A DNA stretch of 49,189 nucleotides, the filler included, from Catajapyx aquilonaris (lineage: Eukaryota): NCBI GenBank assembly GCA_000934665.2. It is 3 parts of 3 records of this genome, joined end to end, with 100 filler letters (N's around TTAATTAATTAA, not from the genome) between each part and the next. Parts side by side here need not be neighbours in the genome. Positions count along the whole stretch, not along the records: positions 1 to 16,352 come from JYFJ02007231.1; positions 16,453 to 32,765 come from JYFJ02007232.1; 1 more part is not named here. One strand, given 5' to 3'. The notes under the pieces are model-generated. The model worked only from the letters and a program-made list of their open reading frames with translations, searched no databases and was not told the origin of the DNA. Each line of letters opens with the position of its first letter. Within the stretch, counting starts at the first letter, position 1. The position numbers were made by a program, and so were the translations under genes. This document shows positions 11,593-22,275 of the stretch, in pieces.

Positions 11593-14305
11593 TTACATGT
11601 GTATGTCATACATATCGAGCCCCACCTGCAGGGCCGACATTGTCATGCCTCCTACTACTCTGAAGCTGAAGACTCCCAGTGTCTGGACTTCCTGGATGCC
11701 ACTCGCCTGATCATCGAAGTAGATCATCTTATGGAAGTGGAAGCTGGAGTCCTCCCTAATTCTGTAGAACAATATTTAGGATACTATTGAATCAGTTCAT
11801 AATTATAACAAGATATCAAATGACACGAAATGAGACCAAATAATTGATGTCGAAGGTCAATTTGTACATGAAAAGCCAGCTATTTACAGTGACGTGAGTA
11901 CGTTTTCAGAACAAATATTGCCTCCTATACTTTGATCTCATTTCTTTGTCCAAAAACCATTGGAGACCTTCTACCTTACCTTTTGATCAGTTTGTCTTTA
12001 GTTTCAGGGTAGATGGCCTCGTGATTGAGGTACTTGTCCCATCCGAACGTTTCTATAGTCAGCCGCACCTTTTCGAAGCAAGTCGGAGTGGAACCCTCGG
12101 AATTATGGATCACTGCTACTTGGTATCCGCGATCATGAAGGTATTGCAGGATCTCAGTAGACTGTGGGTAAGGCCTGTGGATGCACTCGTCAGCGTCCAT
12201 GATGTTACCGGACCTATTAAAAAATTTAAGTAGAGGTCAATGAATGAGTTTCCATAATAAATATAATAATATTCACTGCCTTACGGTAGGCGTGTCAGTG
12301 GTGGACTGATTTCGTCTACTTCCATGGGCCACATAGTTTTATCTGAAATTAAAAGGTACTTTTAACACATGCTGGGTTCAAGATTACTATACAGTATCCC
12401 GAATGCGAAAAAGAGCATACATTGAATTAGTGCATAATTTATACTTTATCATCATTGAAGAAGCAGCATCATACGAGAGTAATGCTTTATAATATTACTA
12501 GCAGGTTACCCTGGTGTTTCCAGGGTATGTTGGGGGTGCTGGTAAAGGTAGGGTTATATAATTATATTTTAGGAAGTTTGTTTGTTTGTAAACTTTGCGT
12601 TCCATACACTCGAAACTCGATGTCTTAAAATAGGCCTTCTAAGTTACAATAAACCAAAGTTTGTCACTATCTGACATGAATTACCTACCTGTCTTATAGG
12701 GTCGTACAGTCGACACAGATATGCTGATTGGATGTGTAAAAAGAGGAATGCAGATGGAGTTTGCCCAGGAAAAGACTGCACAGCCAAAATTGTCGGCAAA
12801 TATCGAAAAAGGGTTCTCCAGATTTTTCGGAAATGTCAAGTAAACATTTCCCGAGTCATTTGAAATGCCATCCAAAAGAAGTGGTAGGGGGCCATTAATA
12901 AGCATTATCAAAATCAAAGTTTTGGGCACCATCTTTGACTTTATATTTTTGGATTTCTTAAAAATGAACATGACCATCTCATAGAGCGTAAAATTACCCT
13001 TAGAATGCACATATCAAATGTTATATTTGACCTGACCTTCTAGGAGATATGGCCATCAAAGTGAGAGTGGACAGAGTAAAAAGGCGAGAAAATTGGCACA
13101 TTTCACACCCTGTAGTTATGCAACCACACGTCGCAGAGACAAACAAACAATGTTACGGACATACATGTATGGGCACCACAACATACTCGAATTTAGTCCA
13201 ATTCGAATAAGATTTAGCGGAAGGTGTGCTGCTTGGCGTTATTGCCTCATATAAGTTATATATTATTTATATATCGATATTATTTATATATTATATGCAC
13301 CATCCTGGAATGTTCGTTATGTATTCGGTGGGTTTCAGTTGAACAACAGGCCCGCAAAAAATAGAATAAGAAAACAATGGTACATTCTTCGGATGCGGGT
13401 ATTCGCGTGGCCTAATAAACTCGACAGTTTTTTCTACACTTTTGTTTGGGAGAGATTGCGACACACCACGAAAGTATGAGTAGAATGCAGTGTATGGGAC
13501 GTACCGGTGTCTTGCACCACCATTGCTGTTTACTCGTTACTATACCCTACCCCGGCCTCTAACTCCTTGATATATCCCTTTTAATTCTCAATAGTTATGC
13601 TCAAGCTCAATTAGGGTATATTAAAAAATTAAGACCAAAATAATGAATAGGTAAAATTTAAAATCAAAAACTAACTTTATTTTGAGCACAACTGAACAAA
13701 CTTAAATGATAAAATTCGGAGTGGAAGTAACACATTCTTGTGGTGCCATCCGGCGCGTACGCGAGGCGCCAATTCGTATTCAGGTTCGCAACAATAAAAC
13801 TTTAGGAACCATTGTCTCACGAGGTAATGTTACCAATACACGCGTAACTAGATAAATGTGTCAAATTTATTTGGGATTAGTTCATAATTAACCTCCTGAG
13901 ACCCGGAGTACAGTATACTGTACCCTTGTTTTTATTTTTTACGCGCTTGAGTTAGTCAGAAGGTGCTGGAAAAAACAAAGGTACAGTATACTGTACCAGG
14001 GGTCTCAGGAGGTTAAACTTATATTTCAGTGTTTTTTCACCACAGTCTCACAGCACCTGAGCGATTCTCAGTCTTCAACGTACACTTGCCGGTAACATAC
14101 ATTTAGAACCTAAGTGTTTCCGCGCGTGTCGAAAGGTCACCACTAACCAGAACCAGGGGTTATATTGACCACTAAATAAAGTCGCATTAGGTCCAGTCAC
14201 CAGCAGTGTTCTTTCGGCACATTATCAAGCACATTCACACTACTTACCCAGATCAAAGATGACTATCTCAGGCTTATGTTCCTGGAATCTTGGAGGGGGT
14301 TTCAT
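11593..14305 (-). CDS. MDP1: Magnesium-dependent phosphatase 1-like HAD phosphatase (divergent), 4 exons, 172 aa
   Basis: Exons 14305-14248, 12342-12285, 12213-11980, 11761-11593; GT-AG, 519 nt in frame. Reads PEIVIFDLDKTMWP...SPPL...YPQSTEILQYLHDRGY...FGWDKYLNHEAIYPETK...MIYFDDQ...EVQTLGV...GGMTMSALQVGL, collinear with MDP-1. Confidence 0.88.
13892..14012. mobile_element. piggyBac-like MITE in MDP1-like intron 1
   Basis: TTAA|CCTCCTGAGACCC...GGGTCTCAGGAGG|TTAA; the palindrome GTACAGTATACTGTAC is present in each arm. Confidence 0.88.
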
Positions 14306-14871
14306 GGCTGTCACCAAAGTAATGGCACCCCGATGTTACATATAACTATTGAAACAAAAGATGAAGTCGGAGGAGGAGGAGAAGACACTGCACTGCACTC
14401 TGAACACGTCCTGCAAATGAATATTGTACCCTGATTTACCCCCGACTCCTCTCCACCAGTCGCCTGCTTCCCCTGCTTCATTTTTACCTCTCATTGTCCA
14501 ATTACAAAGCAACCTAATACCTTCTTATCATCGGTCGGGATAACGTGTCCTCTTGTGTGTTCGCTGGCTGGCTGGCTTTTTTTTTCCTAGCAAAGCAGCA
14601 TTAGACCGTATTAAGTTAATGTTGTAAGTAAATACGGACCTGTGGTGGAACACTAGACATCACCCATAATCCACTGCATGCTTTGCAGCTGTTTTAAGAG
14701 GATATATTCCAAAAAAAAATTGAACCTGTAACCAGATCCAGTATATTGTGAGGAAGCTTCTAATTTCGCCATAAATAATACCAAGAGCTGATAATGCGGA
14801 TCACATCGCAAGTAACTCAAGACGCTTGGTAAAGTAATTCACAGGCCATTGCATTTGGTATGTCTGGAAGT

Positions 14872-15008
14872 CTGTGATGGATTTTGTTTGTGGGAGGAAA
14901 CGGGACAGTCCCGAGAAAACCCACGCACAAAGAGAACCCATCGACACTCTACCCAGCACATAAGTATCCTCTGTCCGATCTGGGGATCGAACTCGGGACG
15001 TAGGCTGC
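14872..15008 (-). mobile_element. Truncated copy of the V-domain-like SINE
   Basis: Aligns by eye with 1030-1160 (B-box, cataagtatcctctgtccga, tgtgggaggaaacggga). Confidence 0.85.
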
Positions 15009-15512
15009 ATCCATGTCATAGAAGATGTTATCATGCATATTTATTTTATTCTTATTATCTCGTTAACTAGGTAGCAAGGATCAAGTGGCATGTCATAGAT
15101 CCACTGATGCCCAAGTGATCACCATAGAAGTTTGTCGGTCAAATTATTATGAAACGCCCTCTATTCTGGACCAAGGGTTATAGAAGTTAGCCCATTAATT
15201 CGTGTGAACCACAAAAAGTGACTATTCAAAACTGCTTGCTTAAAAACAAGTATGCCTATCTTGTGACAAAAGGTTACTAGAGGTCTAGAGCTACATGCAT
15301 TTCAGTAGGACCCTGCATGTACTGTACAGTACTAGAAAGGAAAATCCATTCTGGATCTCTACAACCATCAGCACTCTATCAAGGTGAAGATCACAGGAAA
15401 AGTGACACCTTCACCTGGCTTGTGTTGATGGTTGTATAGCAACAGGATGGTTTAGTCCACAACTTGTTCCAAGCGGTTAATGCGCACAGTAGCTACAGTA
15501 CATGTCTATTTT

Positions 15513-15574
15513 GATTTTGTATTAAATGTTAATGTTGAATGATTTTGTATTAAATGTTAATGTTGAATGATTTG
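15513..15574. repeat. 28-bp tandem duplication
   Basis: gattttgtattaaatgttaatgttgaat occurs twice in tandem, followed by a partial third copy. Confidence 0.85.
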
Positions 15575-16352
15575 GCTGTTGGGCCCATTGGGCAGGGTCG
15601 GTCAATAAATTCCGAATAAGTACATGGCACAAAAAAGCAGGCACAGTATCAGCAAAGGGGGGATAATATTACTTTTTTTTTTAATGAAGCAAAATCACAA
15701 AACCTTCATTTTATAGGTGTTCCAAGTAGTGCTCCAAGCACCCATTCCTAATATTGATGGTCTCCATGGCTGCAGCAATAATGCATCTTTAAAGAAGAGC
15801 AAACCAACCATGAGCTGGTCACATTCCTGGTGGTGGATACCATATCCATGTGGATCACTGAGACATCAGATCAAGTTGACCCAGGTGCACATACATCATA
15901 CACTCCTCTATGAATAAACATGCACTGGCTGAGCCCCGCTGTGTCACATCACCCTGCCCCTCATCCCATTCTATCAGTTTCATTCCTCCATATGTTTGGT
16001 AGACATTTGGAAGGGTGCCTACAAGACTGGGGAGTTATACATAAGTGTGTATGCTTTTGTAACTTTACTCCTTAACAATACACTTTTCACTGCCACAAGG
16101 AACAAATTCACAGTATAGGAGACTACCACAAATCAATACTAACAAATATCAATTATTAATTTTTTTATATGCTTGTATTATTATGAAGACAATTTGGTTA
16201 CAAGTACATATCTGCACTAGCAATAGAAAAAAAAAATCGTAAGAAACACTTGGCTACCCTTACCAAAATTTAACATAGCCGCGAGCTTGCCGCTAGGTCG
16301 CCAGAAGCTGGCGAGCTCGCCTCAGGATAGCCGCCACGTCGCGGGACCTCGC

Positions 16353-16452
16353 NNNNNNNNNNNNNNNNNNNNNNNNNNNNNNNNNNNNNNNNNNNNTTAA
16401 TTAATTAANNNNNNNNNNNNNNNNNNNNNNNNNNNNNNNNNNNNNNNNNNNN
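16353..16452. other. Assembly gap with artificial TTAATTAATTAA linker
   Basis: N-run, six-frame-stop linker, N-run; 100 nt in total. Confidence 0.97.
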
Positions 16453-18646
16453 TTTTTACTTTCACCAATGAATTTCTGGCATGCGATTTACCCCTAGTGT
16501 CATTTTCGGGCCGATTGACCGATGGCCCTACAGACACTTCCCTTGTTAGATAAATTAACGAAAGCATCTTTTGACATTGAGAAACTAATTGTAACTTTAA
16601 GTGATACACGAAAAACCAATTAGGGGTCCGACTTTGGTGCCTTTCTCATACTTGTTCGACTATTTGAAGGGACTTGAAAAAATTTATCACATGTTTTAAA
16701 TGTGGTTTAATGGAGTCCAATCAGAGAAATGAGGTACCTAATGATGTCAGTTACAATGGAAGGAATAATTTTTCCTTTTTGCCTCGTCTCTGAATCAGCT
16801 TTCTCTTGAAGCACATGTCACCATGTTTCCACACAAAAAAACTCCCAGGTCAGGGTAAATCAACATTTCGAAATATAAATGACTCACTTTAAACATGCAC
16901 AAGACTGCAAATAATGCTACACTGTGGATTTCCTGCAACTTCTACTGTGGTTCATAATTTAGGTCACATCACTATTGGTTGAAACACTGCTTATTCTCCT
17001 GTGTCAAGTTGGTATTCCGAAGCCTGCCCAATTTTAGTCAGTCAGGAAATCCAAAAGCGCAACGTCCCAGTGCAACCCCTTAGCAACTCCCTCACTCGCT
17101 CTTTCCTCTCCTTCAGGGTGCTTATGGGCCTTATGGGTGTACGTGACATTTTTGCCCATAAGACTGCAAGCTAAATTATGACACACAAAGTAAAACTGCA
17201 GTAATACGATACCACACACTGCAACCATTGGGTACAGAGCCGATTGAAGAGTTGGGGGGGGGAGCCACGGAACACACGCTAATTTCTAGCAGACTGCAGT
17301 ACTGTTTGCGTCGTACGCCACTTAACCAAGCTTCGTACTGTCACCAATGGTAACTGCAATTGGCCCTCACATACTCAACACATCCTTTCAGACAAACTCC
17401 TTACTTCACCTCCCACGAGCACAGCACATCCCCTGCAAAACTCTCCATCACTGTCAGACAGTAGCATAGACCCTTCACACCCTAGATTTCAAACCTATCA
17501 AACAAGCACTGTGGGCCCCATCCCATGCTGAACCATACAGCTGTCACGGCCCAATTTTCATCAGCAACATCTTAGATCACTATGTATGCTGACCATCTCT
17601 GCGGTCTCTCCTTTCTTCCAGCATGATGCCCGTTGTGGACACCTGAGCTGATGGCAGTGCCATCGGGGGCGACCCCTGGTTCAGTTCGGCGCCTAGGTTC
17701 GCCGGTGATATTGCCGGGGTAGGGCGAGAGGATCCGCCCGTCGAGGTTTCACCCCATCATTGCCTGGGTTGAGGGGAGGACCTAGCTCTAGCAGAGAGGA
17801 TGACGGCCAGCGCCGCCGGAAGTGAAGGCGCTGCCAAGCGCTGCCATCAGTGCCATGCCCGTGTGGCCATCAACACTCAACTTTCCCCCGCTGTTGCCAC
17901 ATTGTCTCTCTTGCTACATCCACATACCATTTCACAGTATCGCAGTTTACGTAGAGATATTTACGAGGGTCGGGACTATAATTGAGTCAGGGCAGGGCAG
18001 GTTAGACCCTAGTGGGAAGCTTAGGGCATGTCAAAGGCCTAGGGGAGAGGTTTCGTGCGGATGAGATTTAAACATGGCGGTTGATTTGAATTGAAGGTGG
18101 GGTGATGTTGGGACGTTCGGGTTATCACAAATTAGGTGGTATATTTACCTATGTGTAAGCTTGGAGAAGGTATTTTCAGAGCCCGTGTGTGCGTTTGTCG
18201 TCTTTTTTATTGCATAGCTATTATGCGCAAAGCACGATCGGGACTGGGACTAATAATGGCGTGAAGTCAGGCTGTGTGTTATTACTTTAGCTCTTGGTGT
18301 GACTAATTGGGAATAATAATGATTGCATTCACAATGCACACTCCAACGTAATCGGATATTTTCTCAAATTCAGAGCTACAACCGGCTTATATAGTTTTGA
18401 AAAGTTTATACGCGAAAATATCATCTCTTGGGATGGAAATAATATATGTCTGGATTTACAGTGCCATTTGCCTCCAGAAGAAAATGAAATAAAGGAGCAG
18501 GCATTGCTGACATGGACTTCAGTGCAGTATCAGTATTCTGTATTTTTATGTGCAAAACAAAACTAATGTTTTCAGATTGTGATATTTTTAAAGACCTGAT
18601 AGTCAAATTCCCAATATTGACATGCAGGAACAATAAATCATCACAA

Positions 18647-19010
18647 GGGGAGGTGAGGTGGGTGTCCAAGATGGTAACGTCTCGGCTTGCTGATTGAAAG
18701 GTCCCATGTTCAATCCCCGCCTGGGAGCTCCCTTTCACCTGCGTCAGGAGGGTCTCTGACTCGCACCTTGGGGGTGTCTGGCAACCTATAACCTCCTGGG
18801 GAACAGCACACGACCGGTTAACGACATTGCACTTGCACCTACGTTCCCTCCCCAAAAAACCCCATCCTTACCCAATGTCCTTGATTTCCCTGCATCGGAG
18901 TCTGAAGAAAAATGGAAAGTTCTAAGAAAATATGGTGGTGTCCGACCTCCCTAAAGAGCCACAGGCTCTATCACAGGGTAGCAAAAATAATAAAAAAACA
19001 AACAAATAAA
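18647..19010 (+). mobile_element. Diverged tRNA-derived SINE
   Basis: B-box-like ggtcccatgttcaatcccc (~18700-18719); body motif cattgcacttgcac shared with the SINEs at 19560-19964 and 29641-30007; 3' stem-loop and A-rich tail. Confidence 0.7.
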
Positions 19011-19076
19011 CAAATCTTATCATAAATATATGGCAAAATGTATGACTCCTATATGTACAATGGTCACAAGAGTTAA

Positions 19077-19342
19077 CCGAAGCAGGTTGATGTATGGGAT
19101 AAGGAGCCCGCCTGCTAATCGGGAGGTCCTGGGTTCGAATCCCGGGGCCAGCGACCCTGATCATGGCTTTCTGTGGTTTTCCATGGTCCCCTCCAGGACA
19201 ATTCCGGGGTCGGTTCCGTAAAAATAGGCCACAGCCGCATCCTTCCTTCCCTCTCCCTGTTCCCATCCAATGGTGGTAATCCACCCCCCTAAGGGAGCCA
19301 AAGGCTCTAGCATGGGGTATGATATAAATAAAATAAAATAAA
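19077..19342 (+). mobile_element. Young tRNA-derived SINE with 20-bp TSD
   Basis: B-box GGTTCGAATCCC (19132-19143); (TAAAA)n tail; perfect TSD acaatggtcacaagagttaa at 19057-19076 and 19343-19362. Confidence 0.93.
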
Positions 19343-19559
19343 ACAATGGTCACAAGAGTTAAAACCAGTACCTTGTATATTATACATACCCTATGGCGCA
19401 TGGCGCTATGTAGTGTGTTCAAAATATTTTATCTTACATTTATTATGGTATTTTATAGTTGCATATACCCTTGGAAAGCTCATTAAGGGCCACTTGCATG
19501 AACAATAATTGCGGGTAACTATGGAGTTACCCTATACTGTATGTGTAAGGCTATTAATA

Positions 19560-19964
19560 ATATTATAATAATCGCCCCGGAAATGGGCCCCCATGACCCT
19601 AAAACGGGGAATTATTATAATCGGGAGTAGTGCTTTCACCCTGTCGGGTATATAGCACGGACCTTTATTGATCATTGACATACAATGTACATAATGTATA
19701 ATTGGAACCTTGAGCTAAGTGCCCGCGGGCCCACAGGCAGAGATGAGTGGGAGGGGATGTACAAAGTTCAGTGCAATGTTTATAACGTGATACATTTTGT
19801 GAACTCCCCGGGTGGTTAGTCTCAGGGGTCCCACTCGAAACAGAGCCAGAGACAACCCAACTCTGCACAAGATAAAGGGGGGAAAGTCCGGGCTTGGGAT
19901 CGAACCCGGGACCCTTGCATCCATGCTGGAAGCGAAAGTTACCGCATTGCCACTCCGCCTCCCC
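19560..19964 (-). mobile_element. tRNA-derived SINE related to 29641-30007
   Basis: On the minus strand: A-box-like GGAGTGGCAATGCGG, B-box GGTTCGATCCC; body similar to 29641-30007; ATT-rich tail; degenerate TSD. Confidence 0.8.
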
Positions 19965-20760
19965 TATGTAAGCTATTATAACAGCTGACTCCATAGTATG
20001 AACTCATGTTCATACAACCAGCTTTAAATGAGATTTCCAGTGGTGTATATAAATCACATAATTATGTATACTTGTATCATACAGTTGCAGGTGAGGCGAC
20101 AGGAATCACAGATGCGAATTCTTGTGATTTCCATCAATACCAATGTGAGCTAAATCATGAAATTGGATATTTTCTGATAACTTATCCATAAGTACTCGTA
20201 CATCCTATGTGCATGTTACAGGAATTCTAACACAACTTAAACAGTAGACTCATAATATAACAAACTTCAAGGGCCTGCATAAATCAGTCTGCTATAACAG
20301 AGGCCTGTTACAGCCAAATACACAGGCTTAATAATTATAATGGATGGAGCTAGTCCGAACAGTCGGCAAGTAGAAGTTCTTTTTGGCCATCTGGAGGTTT
20401 TGCTACCCTCTTTCATCCCTTGCACGGTGATGGTGTTGTGGTCTGGAGTAGCCAACAGTTCGTCATTGAGATGGCTATCCTGCCTCACCCTTCCTGTGTT
20501 GTGGACGTCTCCAGGGAATATGCCGATGTCAACAACTCAGCTAGCCCGAACAGTCGGCATTTTTTTGTATCCCCTCATTTCTGCGAGTACCTGACCAGTC
20601 TCCAGAATTTTTAAATAATTGGTCATGTATGAGGGTAGCTCCTCGTTATCCGCTGGCACCCCAGTTTTTTGGGAGAAGCCGTGGTGAATATGATGATATA
20701 ATTATGGAGGTATGCCAGGACTAGCCTTTTGAGTCTGCTACAACCAAATCTGTTATAGTA

Positions 20761-20819
20761 CAGTTGATTCTGGATGTAACACCCTGGGGGGGGGGGGGTG
20801 TTACATCCAGAATCAACTG
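20761..20819. mobile_element. Minimal TA-flanked hairpin MITE (pogo/Tigger-like termini)
   Basis: TA|CAGTTGATTCTGGATGTAACACCC-(G-run)-GGGTGTTACATCCAGAATCAACTG|TA. Confidence 0.75.
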
Positions 20820-21123
20820 TACTATTAATTAAATGCACTTGTGACACACACATACAACCTTCAGCAGCTATATTGGCCCTTGTATTATTCACTCACCTGT
20901 AACTTATGTTTTTGAAACAGTGTGATATCATAAGTCCACATCTATTCTGCAGCTTCATTCATAAGGTCCAGAATATTTGATCCTCATTAGTAGCTATTAT
21001 CCTAAGTTGGGTTTTCTGTAGGCCTACTGTTTAGTGGGAAGAATTGCTTCCCCGAGTGTTGACTCCAAATAAAGTACAATCACAAAGTCAACAGCACTTT
21101 TCAGGGCCAACACAAGTGATTAA

Positions 21124-21248
21124 GGGCCGGTTTCACCGAGCTTGGTATATGATAAAACCAGGTTTCTTTAGGAAAATCCATACAAATAGATAGGGATTTT
21201 GAGAAATACCCTGGTTTTATCATATACTGAGCTCGGTGAAACCGGCCC
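21124..21248. mobile_element. PIF/Harbinger (Tourist-like) MITE
   Basis: TAA|GGGCCGGTTTCACCGAGCT...AGCTCGGTGAAACCGGCCC|TAA; 3-bp TAA TSD. Confidence 0.9.
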
Positions 21249-22275
21249 TAAGAGATGTGCAAATGTGTGCAAGAGATGTGATTTGTCCCTGGTCAAGGTT
21301 GCCCGACTTCATGATGGATAGTTATGGGTTTCTCCTGAGGAAATAGGACTTCCTTCCAGGAGTTTTGCAGTCATCCTATTTGCCAGTTGGGAGCCTCATG
21401 AACTGAAACCACAATCTCCAACTTGATGTACTTAGGGAGATGGAAAATGATGGCACTGCACATCTTTAGAGAGCTTGTAAATAATGCAAGAGTGACACTT
21501 CATGGTGTCACCAGCTCCTCAATTTCAGATTTATTTCATAAAAGCCGTCATAGAAGAACAAATTAAAGGTAGAATAATTTGTGATCAGTTGTTGGCACTG
21601 ATCAAATCCATTAAATACCAGTGATATGGTGTGGAATCACAGAGCAAAAAAATTATAATCACACATATTTAAATATCATATTTTATGTAACAACATGGCC
21701 ATGAAAGTACACTTCCAGGGATGTGAATATTGAGAGGTGATATCACCTGGGACCTGAAAATACTGTATATGAGTAATTAAATAACAATTCCTTGTCAGAG
21801 CCAACTTGAAACAGTTATTCATCATTGACCACTGCCGGTAGGGGCAATGGTAGTTACAGCAAGGTGGTGGTGGTAAGGGGAAGTAACTACAAACCACAGA
21901 TGCAGGACTTTTACAGTACACATATTCCAGCCTGGTAGGAAGATGGCAAACTTGTTCCTTTCTGGGAAGCTCATGTTGAGGACGATCATCACTTGGATTA
22001 CACATTTGACAAGAAAAAAAGTTCCAGCATCACTGCACTTGCCATGTTCTAAAAAATTATAATTTCCATTCAACTGCACCAAACTTTTATTTTCACAAAG
22101 CTCATATTTGCACACAGCTACAACAATGCAGATGGGCAACAAAATAAACATACAATAATCTTCATGACACCCGTACAAATGATACTCTGAGGAAATTGGT
22201 TCCCACTTTGTCAACATTGTTAAAATTTTGCTGAAGAGGAACTTTTTTATTTCTTTAATTTATATTACATTTTGT

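Noticed and set aside
11410..12233. Plus-strand ORFs of 126 and 95 aa
   Set aside because: Antisense shadows of the MDP1-like exons.
12497..12540. Helitron/Helentron-like end (actagc...ccctgg...ccaggg); also an (ACAG)n end at ~32915-32960
   Set aside because: Only short end-like motifs; matching opposite ends not identified.
15717..15917. Exon-like plus-strand ORF after an AG acceptor
   Set aside because: No recognisable protein similarity and no partner exons found.
16353..16452. TTAATTAATTAA palindrome between N-runs (also at 32766-32865)
   Set aside because: Artificial scaffolding linker with stops in all six frames; not biological.
17300..18250. GC-rich stretch possibly derived from a retroelement; its end resembles ~30600-30670 in reverse
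   Set aside because: No domain, termini or TSD that I can support by eye.
21676..22217. Minus-strand ORFs of 109 and 131 aa
   Set aside because: They lie directly downstream of the UBXN4 stop codon (probable 3' UTR) and do not resemble real proteins.
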